Assembly: GCA_047602405.1 (NCBI GenBank) | Contig: JASGHJ010000002.1 | Location: 2,176,001 to 2,240,000, forward strand | Direction: 5' to 3' | Origin: Anaeromyxobacteraceae bacterium | GTDB lineage: Bacteria > Myxococcota > Myxococcia > Myxococcales > Anaeromyxobacteraceae | Length of the DNA: 64,000 nucleotides | In this document: positions 45,230 to 55,652 of the stretch, piece after piece | Position numbering within the stretch: position 1 is the stretch's first letter | How the letters are laid out: every line of letters begins with the position of its first letter | The notes under the pieces: generated by a model | Told to the model about the DNA's origin: nothing | What the model saw: the letters and a program-made list of their open reading frames with translations, nothing else | Databases searched by the model: none | Translations under genes and position numbers: made by a program

Positions 45230-47528
45230 TCAGACGTGCACGTCGAGGGCGTCGTCGTGCGCGGCGAGCGCCGACGCCGCGAGCGTCCCGGCCTTCACGC
45301 GCCGCACGATCTCGTCGCGGTCGAGATCGAAGACCGCGTCGAGGATCCCCGCCCGCTCCGCGGCCGGGGCCTGCCCCACCGCGAACAGCACGCGCGCGGA
45401 GTGCTGCAGGTACCGGCGCGAGAGGAGCTGCCGGCGGAGGAGCTCCATGATGACCGGCGCCTTCGAGCGGTCGAACCGGCCCGGCTCGCCCCGCCGGTCC
45501 TGCTCGGCGAAGAACGCGGCGGTCCACTCGTCGTGGTAGGCGATCACCTTCCCGAAGATGCCCGGTCGAGCCGCGTGCCGGCCTTCACCGGCTCCGCCGG
45601 CGCCCCGAGGACCACACCGTCCTCGGTCAGCACCGCGCGCAGGAGGCGGCCGTCCTTCGTCACCGGCGCCTCGTGGCGCAGGAGCGACCAGAGCCAGGAG
45701 ACGTAGATGCGGTAGGTGGCGAGGTCGTTCATGAAGCGCAGGCCGAGCTCGTAGTCGTCGATCGCGGCCGCGAAGTTGCCGTTGAGGATTCTGGAAGCCG
45801 TAGTTCGCGGCCATGTAGAGCGAGTGCTGCACGTGCTCGATGGTGACCTCGCCCTTCGGGACCCCGTAGATCGCGTCCCAGCGCTCCGCCGAGAGCAGCC
45901 GCTCCGGCGTGGCCACGTCCGCCGGGTCGAGGACCGTGGGCGTGATCCGGCCCTGCGCATCGACGAGCCCGCGCGCGCGGAACACCTCGCGCTCCGCATC
46001 GGAGAGGCCGGAGGCCGGCATCGGCACCGGCTTCCCCTTCACCTCCACCGTCGCGAAGGGCGCCCAGACGAGCCCCTGCAGCTCGCCGACCTCCGCCTGC
46101 AGGGGGCGGTTGCCGGCGGCGACGTAGTGCGCCTCCGGGCTCGCCACCCAGCTCTGCCGGTAGGTGTCGTGGAGCTTCCCCTTCACCCGGCCCTCGAGCA
46201 CGTCCTCGAGCGTCGGGCGCGCGCCGGCCGGCAGCGGCGTGGCCGGCACGAAGGTGAGCCCGAGCAGCCGCTCGCGGAGCTTGTCGATCGTCATCGCGCG
46301 GAGCGCGATGGGGTTGTACCGGGAGCGGCCGTACAGGTCGTTCGCCTGGTAGATCATGACGGCGGCCATGCCGCCGATCGGCGCCCCGTTCGCGAGCTCC
46401 CCGCCCTTCATGCCGGCCATCAGCATCGTGAGCGCGTTGAAGCGCTGGTACGCGATCATCCCGGGCGTCGCCATGCCCACGCCCTGCGGGTCCGGGAACA
46501 CGCCCGCGGGATCCTCGCGCCACATCTCGATGAGGCTGCCGAGGTAGTCCCACCGGCCGACGTTCGTGCCGAGCAGGCGGCGGCGGAGCACCCACACGAT
46601 CGCGGGCAGCTGCCGGCCGGCGTTGCCCTCCTCGTAGAGCATCTTGCACTTGAAGGATCCGACCGGCACGCCGGCGATCCCCTCGAGGCGCGACAGGAGC
46701 CGCTCGACCACGAGCGCCTCGCGGGGCGTCTGGAGCTTCGGGAGGTAGAAGTAGACGCCGTGGCCGCGGCGCGCGAGCGCGTCGAGGTTGTTCATCGCCC
46801 ACAGCGTCGTGACGACCGCGATGCCGGGGGCGGGCCGCCCGTCCACCGTGACCGTGTCGAAGAAGATGTGGAGGCCGGGCGGGCGGGCGAGGCGGCCCGG
46901 CCACTCGGCGGGCGGCTTCTCGACGCGGTAGGAGCGGGTCTTCCCCTTCTTCGCGACCTCGTACGGCCGCTCGTCCCACCGGCCCTCGAAGAGGCTCCTT
47001 CGCGTTCTGGAGCGCGGCGAACACGCCGACCGGATCCTTCGTGGACGCGCCCTCGGGCCGGAAGTGCGGCGGCGAGGCGTCCTCGAAGTCCGGCATGTTC
47101 ATCGGCGCCGCGCTGTTGAGCGCGTTCATCGCCATGTCGAGCGGGTACCAGGGGCCGGTGAGCTCGAGGCCGGCGACCTTGCCCGGGTGCACGTGGGCGG
47201 GGACCGGCACCTCGTCGTTGAGGCGCCAGCGCAGCGGCGTCTCCTTCCCGAGGAAGTTGTCGATCATGCCCTGCACGACGTCCTTGAACGGGACCTCGCG
47301 GCCGGTGACGGGATCGGTGAAGCGCTCGTCGAGCGGCCAGCGGTACTTCTCGCGGACCGGCGCCGGCGAGGCGAGCTGCTCGCGGCGCAGGTTGAGCACC
47401 GCGTCGATCTCGGGCCTCAGCTCGCGGGTGAGCGTGTCGATGGTCTCCTCGACGCTCACCTCGCGCCCGTTCACGGTCTTCCTGCCGAAGAGCTCCGGGA
47501 ACCGCGACAGGACGTCGTTCCGGATCAT
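45230..47528 (-). CDS. Malate synthase-family protein (~765 aa); frameshifts at ~46994, ~45789 and ~45559
   Basis: ELTGP, DFEDA, YFYLPKLQ..EA, NVGRWDY, PIGGMAA, LRFMNDLATYRI spread over successive frames; AAAGGAG RBS before ATG 47528. Confidence 0.8.
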
Positions 47529-47724
47529 GGGTGCTCCTTTCTCGTCCGCGGGGGTGATCACAGTATGCGCCCGCCGCCCGCGTCCGTCAGTCGTGGGGCA
47601 CGGCCGGCCGGCGCCGCCCGGAGGCCCCCGCGGGGACGCCGGCGGGAACCGGTCTCGCATTGCCTTCGGGGCGGCCCCGGCGGTATGGAGGGCCACCCCT
47701 TTTGCCACCCCGGAGGCTGCGCAG

Positions 47725-48843
47725 ATGGTCATCGGCGTCCCGAAGGAGATCAAGGTCCGCGAGTACCGGGTCGGCCTCGTGCCGGCGAGCGTGCGCGAGC
47801 TGACGCACCAGGGCCACCAGGTGCTCGTCGAGACCGGCGCCGGCGCCGGCATCGGCATGTCCGACCCGGCCTACGAGGCCGCGGGCGCCCGCATCGTCCC
47901 CTCGGCCGCCGAGGTGTTCGAGAAGGCCGAGCTCGTCGTGAAGGTGAAGGAGCCGCAGGCCGAGGAGCGCAAGCGCCTGCGCCCGGGCCAGGTGCTCTTC
48001 ACCTACCTCCACCTCGCCCCCGACGCGCCGCAGACGAAGGACCTCGTGGCCTCGGGCGCGACCTGCATCGCCTACGAGACCGTCACCTCGCCCTCCGGCG
48101 GCCTCCCGCTGCTCGCGCCCATGTCCGAGGTCGCGGGCCGGCTCTCGATCCAGGCGGGCGCGTACTACCTCGAGAAGGCCCACGGCGGCCTCGGCCTCCT
48201 CATCGGCGGCGTGCCCGGCGTCGACCCCGCGAAGGTGGTCATCATCGGCGGCGGCGTGGTCGGCACCCACGCCGCGCACATCGCGCTCGGCATGGGCGCG
48301 GAGGTGTTCGTCCTCGACCGCTCGACCGACGTGCTCCGCGCGCTCTGGAAGCAGTTCGGGCGCCCGCTCAACACGGTCTTCTCGACCCGCGACGCCATCG
48401 AGCAGCACTGCATCTCCGCCGACCTCGTGATCGGCGGCGTGCTCGTGCCCGGCGCCGCGGCGCCGAAGCTCGTGACGAAGGACATCGTGAAGCGGATGAA
48501 GCCGGGCTCGGTCATCGTCGACGTGGCGATCGACCAGGGCGGCTGCTGCGAGACGTCCCGGCCGACCACCCACGACGACCCGACCTACGTCGTCGACGGC
48601 GTCATCCACTACTGCGTCGCGAACATGCCCGGCGGCGTGCCGCGCACCTCCGCGGTCGCCCTCAACAACGCCACCCTGCCCTTCGTGCTCGCGCTCGCGA
48701 ACAAGGGCTGGAAGAAGGCGCTCGGCGACGACCCGCACCTGCGCAACGGGCTCAACGTGCACAAGGGCCTCGTCACCCACCGCGGGGTCTCCGACGCCCT
48801 CGGGTACACGTTCGTGGAGCCGGCCGCCGCGATGGAGCGGTAG
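47725..48843 (+). CDS. ald: Alanine dehydrogenase
   Basis: [51 protein letters not shown]. Confidence 0.95.
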   Translation: MVIGVPKEIKVREYRVGLVPASVRELTHQGHQVLVETGAGAGIGMSDPAYEAAGARIVPSAAEVFEKAELVVKVKEPQAEERKRLRPGQVLFTYLHLAPDAPQTKDLVASGATCIAYETVTSPSGGLPLLAPMSEVAGRLSIQAGAYYLEKAHGGLGLLIGGVPGVDPAKVVIIGGGVVGTHAAHIALGMGAEVFVLDRSTDVLRALWKQFGRPLNTVFSTRDAIEQHCISADLVIGGVLVPGAAAPKLVTKDIVKRMKPGSVIVDVAIDQGGCCETSRPTTHDDPTYVVDGVIHYCVANMPGGVPRTSAVALNNATLPFVLALANKGWKKALGDDPHLRNGLNVHKGLVTHRGVSDALGYTFVEPAAAMER

Positions 48844-48851
48844 CCGGCCCC

Positions 48852-48915
48852 CTGCCAGGGGTGGGGCCCCGACCCAGCTTCGCTGGTCGGGGCGGGGGCG
48901 CGCCGAGCGCCCCCG
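48852..48915. repeat. REP-like repeat family 2, copy 2
   Basis: ggggtgggg-ccccgac(c)cagc ttc gctggtcgggg-cgggggcgc gccga gcgcccccg; between convergent genes. Confidence 0.75.
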
Positions 48916-48921
48916 TGAAAT

Positions 48922-49830
48922 TCAGTTCCCCTGGATGCAGCCGCCGGAGGCGTAGCCGGTCCCGGCCGTGTAGGCGGCGTTCGACCAGTTGCCCTGGATC
49001 TTCCAGGTCGAGCCGTTCGAGAGCGTCACGTCCCCGTCGAACGTCCAGGCGCACTTGTCGGCGTTCTCGGCGCCGCTCGCGTCCCACCAGCCGCCGTTGC
49101 GCGGATCGGTCACCGCCTCGGACAGCTCGTGGCCGGAGACGTTCGCGAGCGCGGCGAGCGCCTGCGACTGCCCCGCGACGTTGCTCCCGGGATCGCAGCC
49201 GGGATCGCCGGCGAGGTCGAAGAAGAACGCGAACTGCACCGGCACGCCGTTGCAGCTGCCGTAGCTGTGCCAGGCGCAGTAGCCGGCGTGGCCGCGCGGG
49301 AGGTCGGTGTAGACCGGGTAGTAGCCGTTCGCGACCGGGTTCGAGACGTTGCGGCACACCGCGGCCGCGACGTCGCTCGTCCTCGGGGCGTGCCGGGGCG
49401 TCGCGCTCGTGTCGAACACGGCGCCGCCGTAGGAGACGCCGGCGCCGACCTGCCCGTTCGTGCCGGTGTACTCGGTGTTCGTGCCCATGTAGCGCGAGCC
49501 GCCGAAGCCGCCGTAGAGCGTGGCGAGCCCGGAGACCTTGTCGCCCTGGTACGACGCGCTCGCCCAGCTCGGGCCCCAGTAGACCGCCTGCACCGCCGAC
49601 GAGGTCATGATCTCCCCGCCGTGCCAGACGAGCTGTGGCGACCCGCCGCCGCCCGGCTTCGCCTGGCCGCGCGCCCAGTGGATGCCCAGCATCGGCGGCT
49701 CGGGCTGGCCGCGGGGGCCCTGCGTGTCGAGCGCGTCCCCGCCGCTCGTCACCCCGGGCTCCGGCTGCCCTCCGCACCCCGCGATCACCGCCGCGACGAC
49801 GACCCCGACTCCCCACCTCGTCCCGTGCAT
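48922..49830 (-). CDS. Secreted lipoprotein, Phi-1/EXORDIUM-like
   Basis: Lipobox IAGC; WHGG, YCAWHS, HELSEAVTDP, ENADKC, IQGNWSN. Confidence 0.65.
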   Translation of the reverse strand: MHGTRWGVGVVVAAVIAGCGGQPEPGVTSGGDALDTQGPRGQPEPPMLGIHWARGQAKPGGGGSPQLVWHGGEIMTSSAVQAVYWGPSWASASYQGDKVSGLATLYGGFGGSRYMGTNTEYTGTNGQVGAGVSYGGAVFDTSATPRHAPRTSDVAAAVCRNVSNPVANGYYPVYTDLPRGHAGYCAWHSYGSCNGVPVQFAFFFDLAGDPGCDPGSNVAGQSQALAALANVSGHELSEAVTDPRNGGWWDASGAENADKCAWTFDGDVTLSNGSTWKIQGNWSNAAYTAGTGYASGGCIQGN

Positions 49831-50054
49831 CTCGTGCCTCCTGGGCAAGGCGCGGCCCACGGCCGCCCGACGGCCGCGGAGCGTGAGCGCGCGCGTTCGG
49901 CGGTGAGGTGGCCCTCCCCCGGGCGATCCGCCGCGCCCGGAAGGAGGGCGCCCCCACGCGAGCCTGCCCGGCGGGTGGAGTACGGTCCCGTACGCCACGG
50001 AAGGTGAATACCGGCGAGGGCCTGCCCGTCCCCCCGGACACGAGGGAGACCACC

Positions 50055-50471
50055 ATGCTGCGCCAGGCCTGGGCCATCATCTCGCTGCTCCTCTGCTCCG
50101 CCTGCGTCCCCGTGGACGCAGCGCTCGTCGACGGCACGCGCCCCTGCAGCCCGGAAGAGGCGCTCGCCGCCGGCCTCAACGATGGCAGGGCGGGAAGGGA
50201 GGCCGACCTGGCCTTCGCGACGCGCTGCGACCCCGCCGCGGGCCCGGCCGCCCGGGCGGGCTACCTCGACGGCTACCGGGAGGGCCTCGCGGCCCGGGCC
50301 GCCGAGGGGAGCCAGGGCCGCGGGTTCACCTGCGAGGTGACGCCGTTCACGAAGACCTACTCCGGCGCCGCCGCCACCGAGGCCCGGGCCGCCGCCCTCG
50401 CGCGCGAGCGCTGCCTCGCGAGGGAATCGGAGCTGTTCTGTCGCGACGTGACGTGCCGGGTCGGCGGGTGA
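50055..50471 (+). CDS. Cys-rich lipoprotein (DUF2799-like)
   Basis: Lipobox-like SAC; G..DG..G...C....GY..GY..G pattern; C-terminal Cys cluster. Confidence 0.6.
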   Translation: MLRQAWAIISLLLCSACVPVDAALVDGTRPCSPEEALAAGLNDGRAGREADLAFATRCDPAAGPAARAGYLDGYREGLAARAAEGSQGRGFTCEVTPFTKTYSGAAATEARAAALARERCLARESELFCRDVTCRVGG

Positions 50472-50530
50472 GCCACCGCTCCCCGCGCGGAGTTTGACCC
50501 GTCCGCCCCGCCGGGCGACGCTCCCGCCCG

Positions 50531-51019
50531 ATGCGCCTCTCGCCGTTCCTCCTCGCGGGCCTCGCCGCTGCAGGCTGCGCCTCGGCGCGCGCGAGGCCGG
50601 CCTCCGCGCCCGAGCCTGCGCCGGAGATCGCGCCCTTCACCACCGACGGCTGCTCGCTCTTCCCCGACCGCCGCCTCGTCCTCTCGGGCGACTGGTGCGA
50701 CTGCTGCGTGCGCCACGACCTCGCCTACTGGCGCGGGGGCACCGAGGCGGACCGGCTCGCAGCGGACGAGGCCCTCCGGGCCTGCGTGCGCGAGCGCACC
50801 GGCGACCCGGTGCTCGCCGAAGGCATGTTCGTCGGCGTCCGCGCGGGCGGCACGCCGGCCTTCCCGACGACCTTCCGCTGGGGCTACGGCTGGCCGCCTG
50901 GCCGCGGCTACGCGCCGCTCACCCCCGCGGAGCGCAGGGCGGTGGACGCGGCGATGGCCGCGGTGCGCCGGACCAACCCGGACCTCACCTGCAAGGGCGC
51001 GGGCGTCAACGCGCGCTGA
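50531..51019 (+). CDS. Lipoprotein with phospholipase A2-like CCxxHD motif
   Basis: Lipobox AAGC; FTTDGCS, CCVRHDLAYW, ADEALRAC, WGYGW. Confidence 0.65.
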   Translation: MRLSPFLLAGLAAAGCASARARPASAPEPAPEIAPFTTDGCSLFPDRRLVLSGDWCDCCVRHDLAYWRGGTEADRLAADEALRACVRERTGDPVLAEGMFVGVRAGGTPAFPTTFRWGYGWPPGRGYAPLTPAERRAVDAAMAAVRRTNPDLTCKGAGVNAR

Positions 51020-51100
51020 CGCGCGCCCCCCCACCTCCCCTCCCGGGCGACACACTGGACCGTTCCCGTCCGGGCCGACCTGGGGCAGAATCCGGGCCCC

Positions 51101-52229
51101 ATGACACGCGCCCTGAACTTCAACGCCGGCCCCGCCGCCCTCCCCCTCCCCGCGCTCGAGCGCGCCCGCGACGAGTTCCTCGACTTCGCGAAGAGCGGCA
51201 TGTCGGTGATGGAGCACTCGCACCGCGGCAAGGAGTACGAGGCGGTCCACGACGAGGCCCTCGCCCTGCTCCGCGAGCTCACCGGGCTCCCGGCCACGCA
51301 CGAGATCCTGTTCCTCCAGGGCGGCGCGTCGCAGCTGCTTCGCGCAGGTCCCGATGAACCTCGTGCAGAAGGGCCAGACCGCCGAGTACGTCGTGACCGG
51401 CGCGTGGGGCGAGAAGGCCCACGGCGAGGGCAAGGTGGCGACCGCGATGCTCGGCGGCGCGGCGAAGGTCGCGTTCACGACCGGCACCGGCGAGGGCAAG
51501 GAGAAGTCCTACGTCCGCGCCTCGAAGGCCGGCGAGGTGAAGGCCGACCCCGCCGCCGCGTTCCTGCACGTCACCACGAACGAGACCATCCACGGCGTGC
51601 AGTACGGCGTCGACCCCTCGCGGCCGGTCCCGGACGCGGGCGGCGTGCCGCTCGTCGCCGACATGTCGAGCGACTTCCTCTGGAAGCCGATGGACCTCGG
51701 CCGCTACGGGCTCGTCTACGCCGGCGCCCAGAAGAACATCGGCCCCTCCGGCATCGCGGTCGTCATCGTCTCGAAGGCGCTCCTCGAGGCGGGCCGCAAG
51801 GACATCCCGAAGATCTTCCAGTTCCGCACCGCCGCGGAGAACAAGTCGCTCTACAACACGCCGCCCACCTTCGCGATCTACATGATCCGCAACGTGCTCG
51901 CGTGGCTGAAGGGCTCGGGCGGGCTCGCGGCCGTCGAGGAGCGCAACCGCAAGAAGGCCGCGAAGCTCTACGGCGTCATCGACGCGAACCCCGGCTTCTT
52001 CCGCTGCCCGGTCGAGAAGGAGAGCCGGTCGGTGATGAACGTGGTCTTCCGCCTGCCCACCGAGGCGGACGAGGAGCGCTTCGTCTCCGAGGCGAAGAAG
52101 CAGCGCATGATCGGGCTCAAGGGGCACCGCTCGGTCGGCGGGATCCGCGCGTCGATCTACAACGCCTGCGAGCCGGCCTGGGTCGACGCCCTCGCCGACT
52201 TCATGGCGGCCTTCGCGAAGAAGGGCTAG
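51101..52229 (+). CDS. serC: Phosphoserine aminotransferase; one frameshift at ~51337
   Basis: [62 protein letters not shown]. Confidence 0.93.
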
Positions 52230-53062
52230 CCCGCGCGCGGGCCCGGCGCGGCGGGGAGCCGCCTCACCCGCCGCCCGATGAGCCGCGCGAGCCTCGCCTC
52301 CGTGGGCGGCGGCCCGGTCGCGACCTGGCGGTCGTCCACCCACAGCGCCTCGCCCTCGCCCCACGCGAGCAGGTTCGCGCGGTCGAGGGTGTCGACGTGG
52401 CGCACCTCCACCCGGTCGCCGAAGGCAGCGGCCGCGCGGCGCGCGCGCTCGAACGCGAGGTTCTGCGCGGGGCACCAGCCGCTCAGGCAGCCCGTCACGA
52501 CCACCTTGCCCGGCACGGGCTCCGGACGGCGGCCGGTCGCCTCCGGCCACCGCGGCGGCGTCGCGGCGGGAGAGAACGGCTTCCAGACGAGCCGGGCGAG
52601 CCCGCGGCGCCCGGCGTTCCGGAAGCCGTGCCGGCGGAACCAGGCCGCCCGCATCCAGAACGGGACCGCGAGGCCCCAGGCCGCGAGCCCCGCGACGCCG
52701 CGGGACCGGGCGTCGGCCTCCGCCGCCTCGAGCAGCGCCGTGCCGAGGCCGTGGCCCTGCCGGTCTCCCCGCCCCTGCGCGTGGCCGTGGACCCAGATGC
52801 ACAGGATGGCCTCGAGCCCCTCGCCCACGAAGGGCGAGCGCTCGATGGGCACCGACTGGATCATCCCGGCCGGCTGCCCGTCCGCGTCGAGCGCGAGCTT
52901 CACGCGCAGGCCCTGGTCGCGCATCCGGGAGAGCCAGCGGGCCTTGTGGTCCCCCGCCTCCGCGAGCTCGGAGCCGGGCCAGTCCTCCAGGCACACGAGG
53001 TACGCGGCCTCGTGCTCCTCGGTGAGCGCGATCACGCGCGGGGCCGTTCGCGAGGTGTCCAT
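52226..53062 (-). CDS. GNAT acetyltransferase (YoaP-like) with extra C-terminal domain
   Basis: [16 protein letters not shown] acetyl-CoA motif, WFRRHGF; C-terminal SGWCP. Confidence 0.78.
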   Translation of the reverse strand: MDTSRTAPRVIALTEEHEAAYLVCLEDWPGSELAEAGDHKARWLSRMRDQGLRVKLALDADGQPAGMIQSVPIERSPFVGEGLEAILCIWVHGHAQGRGDRQGHGLGTALLEAAEADARSRGVAGLAAWGLAVPFWMRAAWFRRHGFRNAGRRGLARLVWKPFSPAATPPRWPEATGRRPEPVPGKVVVTGCLSGWCPAQNLAFERARRAAAAFGDRVEVRHVDTLDRANLLAWGEGEALWVDDRQVATGPPPTEARLARLIGRRVRRLPAAPGPRAG

Positions 53063-53153
53063 GGAGACCTCCTGCCACCCCGCAGCTTCCCTCCCGGCGC
53101 GCCTCGCCCCGCCGGGGCTCTCGGGTTCGCCCGAAGCGCCGCGACGGAACTCC

Positions 53154-53963
53154 TCACGGCCCCGCCTGGCACCGCGGGCAATGGTAGGTGAGCCGCGCGT
53201 CCGGCCCGCGGCGCGTGAGCGCGATCGGCGCGCCGCAGCGCCGGCAGGGCTCCCCGGCGCGCCCGTAGACCCACAGCGCGCCGCCCGGGCGGAGGCTGCC
53301 GGTGGTGTTGCGCGGCCCGCGGTGACCGGGGGCCGCGTTGACCGCGAGCTGCTTGCGCGCCACCGCGAGGATCCGCTCGAGCTCGGGCGCGGTCACGTCG
53401 GCCACCGCCCGCCGCGGGTGGATCCCGGCGACGAACAGCACCTCCGACTTGAACACGTTGCCGATCCCCGCCACCGCGCGCTGGTCGAGCAGCGCCTCCT
53501 CGATCGCCCGCGCCGGCTCCAGCCTGAGCCGGCGCGTCGCCTCCCCCGCGTCGAAGTCCGGGGCGAGGAGATCCGGCCCGAGCGCGCCGAGCGGTCCGCG
53601 CGGGAGCGCCGAGGCGGGCACGAGCTCGGCCACCGGGATCGCGAAGCCCACGGCGACCGCCTCGGCGGTGTGCACGGCGACGCGCATGAACGCGCGCGGC
53701 CTCCGCCACGGCGCGCCCGCGGGGTAGACGTGCCACGTGCCGTGCATGCGCAGGTGCGTGCGGAGCACGAGGCCGCCCGAGAAGCGCACGAGCAGGTGCT
53801 TGCCGACCGCCTCCACGCGCTCGACGGTGCGCCCCGCGACGGGCGCGTCGGCGTCCGCGCGCGCCAGCGGCGCGAGCACCGTCTCGAAGCGCGTCACCTC
53901 CCGGCCCGCGAGCGCGCGGTGCAGGGTCCGCGCGGTGCGCAGCAGCGTGTCGCCCTCGGGCAT
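53154..53963 (-). CDS. nei: Fpg/Nei-family DNA glycosylase/AP lyase
   Basis: N-terminal [32 protein letters not shown]-terminal CxxC..CxxC zinc finger. Confidence 0.9.
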   Translation of the reverse strand: MPEGDTLLRTARTLHRALAGREVTRFETVLAPLARADADAPVAGRTVERVEAVGKHLLVRFSGGLVLRTHLRMHGTWHVYPAGAPWRRPRAFMRVAVHTAEAVAVGFAIPVAELVPASALPRGPLGALGPDLLAPDFDAGEATRRLRLEPARAIEEALLDQRAVAGIGNVFKSEVLFVAGIHPRRAVADVTAPELERILAVARKQLAVNAAPGHRGPRNTTGSLRPGGALWVYGRAGEPCRRCGAPIALTRRGPDARLTYHCPRCQAGP

Positions 53964-54107
53964 GCATACCCGATAACCCGGATGCCCACCCCGTGCCCTG
54001 CCGGCGCCAGCGTGGGGTGGCCCCCACCCCCGGGTACGACCCCGGCACTCGGCAACGCCGCGTGGCGCGGGCTTCCCACCGGCACGCAGCGTGCTAGGAG
54101 TCGAACC

Positions 54108-54671
54108 GTGCCACCGCAGGTCGACATCAAGGGCGCCAACGTCCAGTACTCCGTCGCCGGCGCGCGCGAGCGCCTGGGCGACGAGGGGTACGCGCGCATC
54201 CTATCGACGCTCACCCCGGAGCACCGCGAGGCGCTCCTCGAGCCGATCCTGGCCGCGGCCTGGGTCCCGCTCGACGCGTACTGCGCGCTCCTCGAGGCGC
54301 TCCTGCGGGAGGAGGACCACGGCTTCACCGGCCGCTTCGTGAAGCGGGCCGAGCTGCTCGGCCAGCGCCACTTCAACACGCTCTATCCGCACCTCGCCCG
54401 GTGCGAGTCGGCGGAGGACCTGCTCCGCAAGGCCGCCGCGGCGCACCGGCTGTACTACCGCGGCTCGGAGGCGAACCTGGCGAGCGTCGAGGCGCGCCAG
54501 GCCGTCGTGCGGTTCACCGGCTTCACCACCCGCCACCGGCTCATGCAGCTCACCATCGAGGCCCTCTACCGCGTGGGCCTCGAGCTCGCGGGGGTGAAGG
54601 GCGCCACGGGGCGCTTCACGGCCCCGATCGAGGACGGCCGCCCCGCCGAGCTCACCCTGCGCTGGAAGTGA
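54108..54671 (+). CDS. Hypothetical protein, myxobacterial DUF2378/TIGR02265-like
   Basis: IKG near the N-terminus, ILAAAWVPL, C-terminal LRW; family by resemblance only. Confidence 0.55.
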   Translation: MPPQVDIKGANVQYSVAGARERLGDEGYARILSTLTPEHREALLEPILAAAWVPLDAYCALLEALLREEDHGFTGRFVKRAELLGQRHFNTLYPHLARCESAEDLLRKAAAAHRLYYRGSEANLASVEARQAVVRFTGFTTRHRLMQLTIEALYRVGLELAGVKGATGRFTAPIEDGRPAELTLRWK

Positions 54672-54681
54672 CCGCCGCCGG

Positions 54682-55557
54682 ATGCCGACCCGCCCCGCCA
54701 ACCGCCAGAGCTACCGGGCCTTCCTCGCGAGCCGCTGGGCCCCGCGCGCGAGGACGCTCGCGGCGCGCGCGCTGGTCGGGACGCCGCTCCTGCTCCCCCT
54801 CGACGTCCTCCTCACCCGCGGGCTCGCCGAGCCGCCGGGCCTCGGCCGGGTCGCCGCGATCCGGCTCGCCTCGCTCGTGTTCCCCTCCCTCGGCTGGCTC
54901 GTCGCCTGGCGCGCACCCCGCGCCCGCTGGCTGCCCGCGGTGGTGGTGGCGCTCTCGGTCGCCTGGTCCTGGTACACCGACTGGTCCTACCCGGCCCTGG
55001 GCCTCGGCGGGACGAACGTCCAAGCCATCGTCGTCCTGCTCTGCTTCATCACGGCCGCCACGTTCATCCCCGTCCGCCTGCGCGGCCGGCTGGGCGTGTT
55101 CGCCCTCATCGCCGCAGGCCACCTCGCGATCGATCTCGGCACGCCCCAGGCGCGCTCCCTGGCGGCGCGGCTCGTGGACGACGTGGTGCTCCTCGCGCTC
55201 GTCGCCGTGCAGACGGTGGTCTTCGAGCAGTTCGCCGAGAGCAGCCGCCGCCGGTTCATCCTGCACCACAAGCTCGAGGCCAAGGTCTTCGCCCTCGACG
55301 CCGCCCGCCGGGGCGCCGACCGGGCCCTCGCGAAGCTCGGGAGCCTCGCCGCCCGGGTCGCGCACGAGATCAACAACCCGCTCGCCGCCATCAAGGTGAA
55401 CGTGCGGTGGCTCTCGGAGCCGCACGATCCCGCGGAGCGCGGCGAGGTGGTCGCGGACACCCTCGAGGCGGTCGACCGCATCGCGCGCAGCGTGGCCGAC
55501 CTGGAGGCGCCCGCCGTCACGCCCGCGCCGCCCGGCCGCACCCGGACGGTAGGTTGA
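54682..55557 (+). CDS. Membrane protein with HisKA domain but no HATPase domain
   Basis: About six hydrophobic segments, then LAARVAHEINNPL; stops ~60 aa later. Confidence 0.7.
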   Translation: MPTRPANRQSYRAFLASRWAPRARTLAARALVGTPLLLPLDVLLTRGLAEPPGLGRVAAIRLASLVFPSLGWLVAWRAPRARWLPAVVVALSVAWSWYTDWSYPALGLGGTNVQAIVVLLCFITAATFIPVRLRGRLGVFALIAAGHLAIDLGTPQARSLAARLVDDVVLLALVAVQTVVFEQFAESSRRRFILHHKLEAKVFALDAARRGADRALAKLGSLAARVAHEINNPLAAIKVNVRWLSEPHDPAERGEVVADTLEAVDRIARSVADLEAPAVTPAPPGRTRTVG

Positions 55558-55652
55558 CCCGCGCCCTCGGGCCCACCCCTGGGTCCAGGTGCGGTCACGC
55601 TCGCCTGGGGCAGAACCCCGTCCCGGCGCGGAGCTAGCCTCGCCGCCGCTCG

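Noticed and set aside
49831..50054. Riboswitch or ncRNA in the divergent intergenic region
   Set aside because: GC-rich stems are present but I recognise no aptamer consensus.
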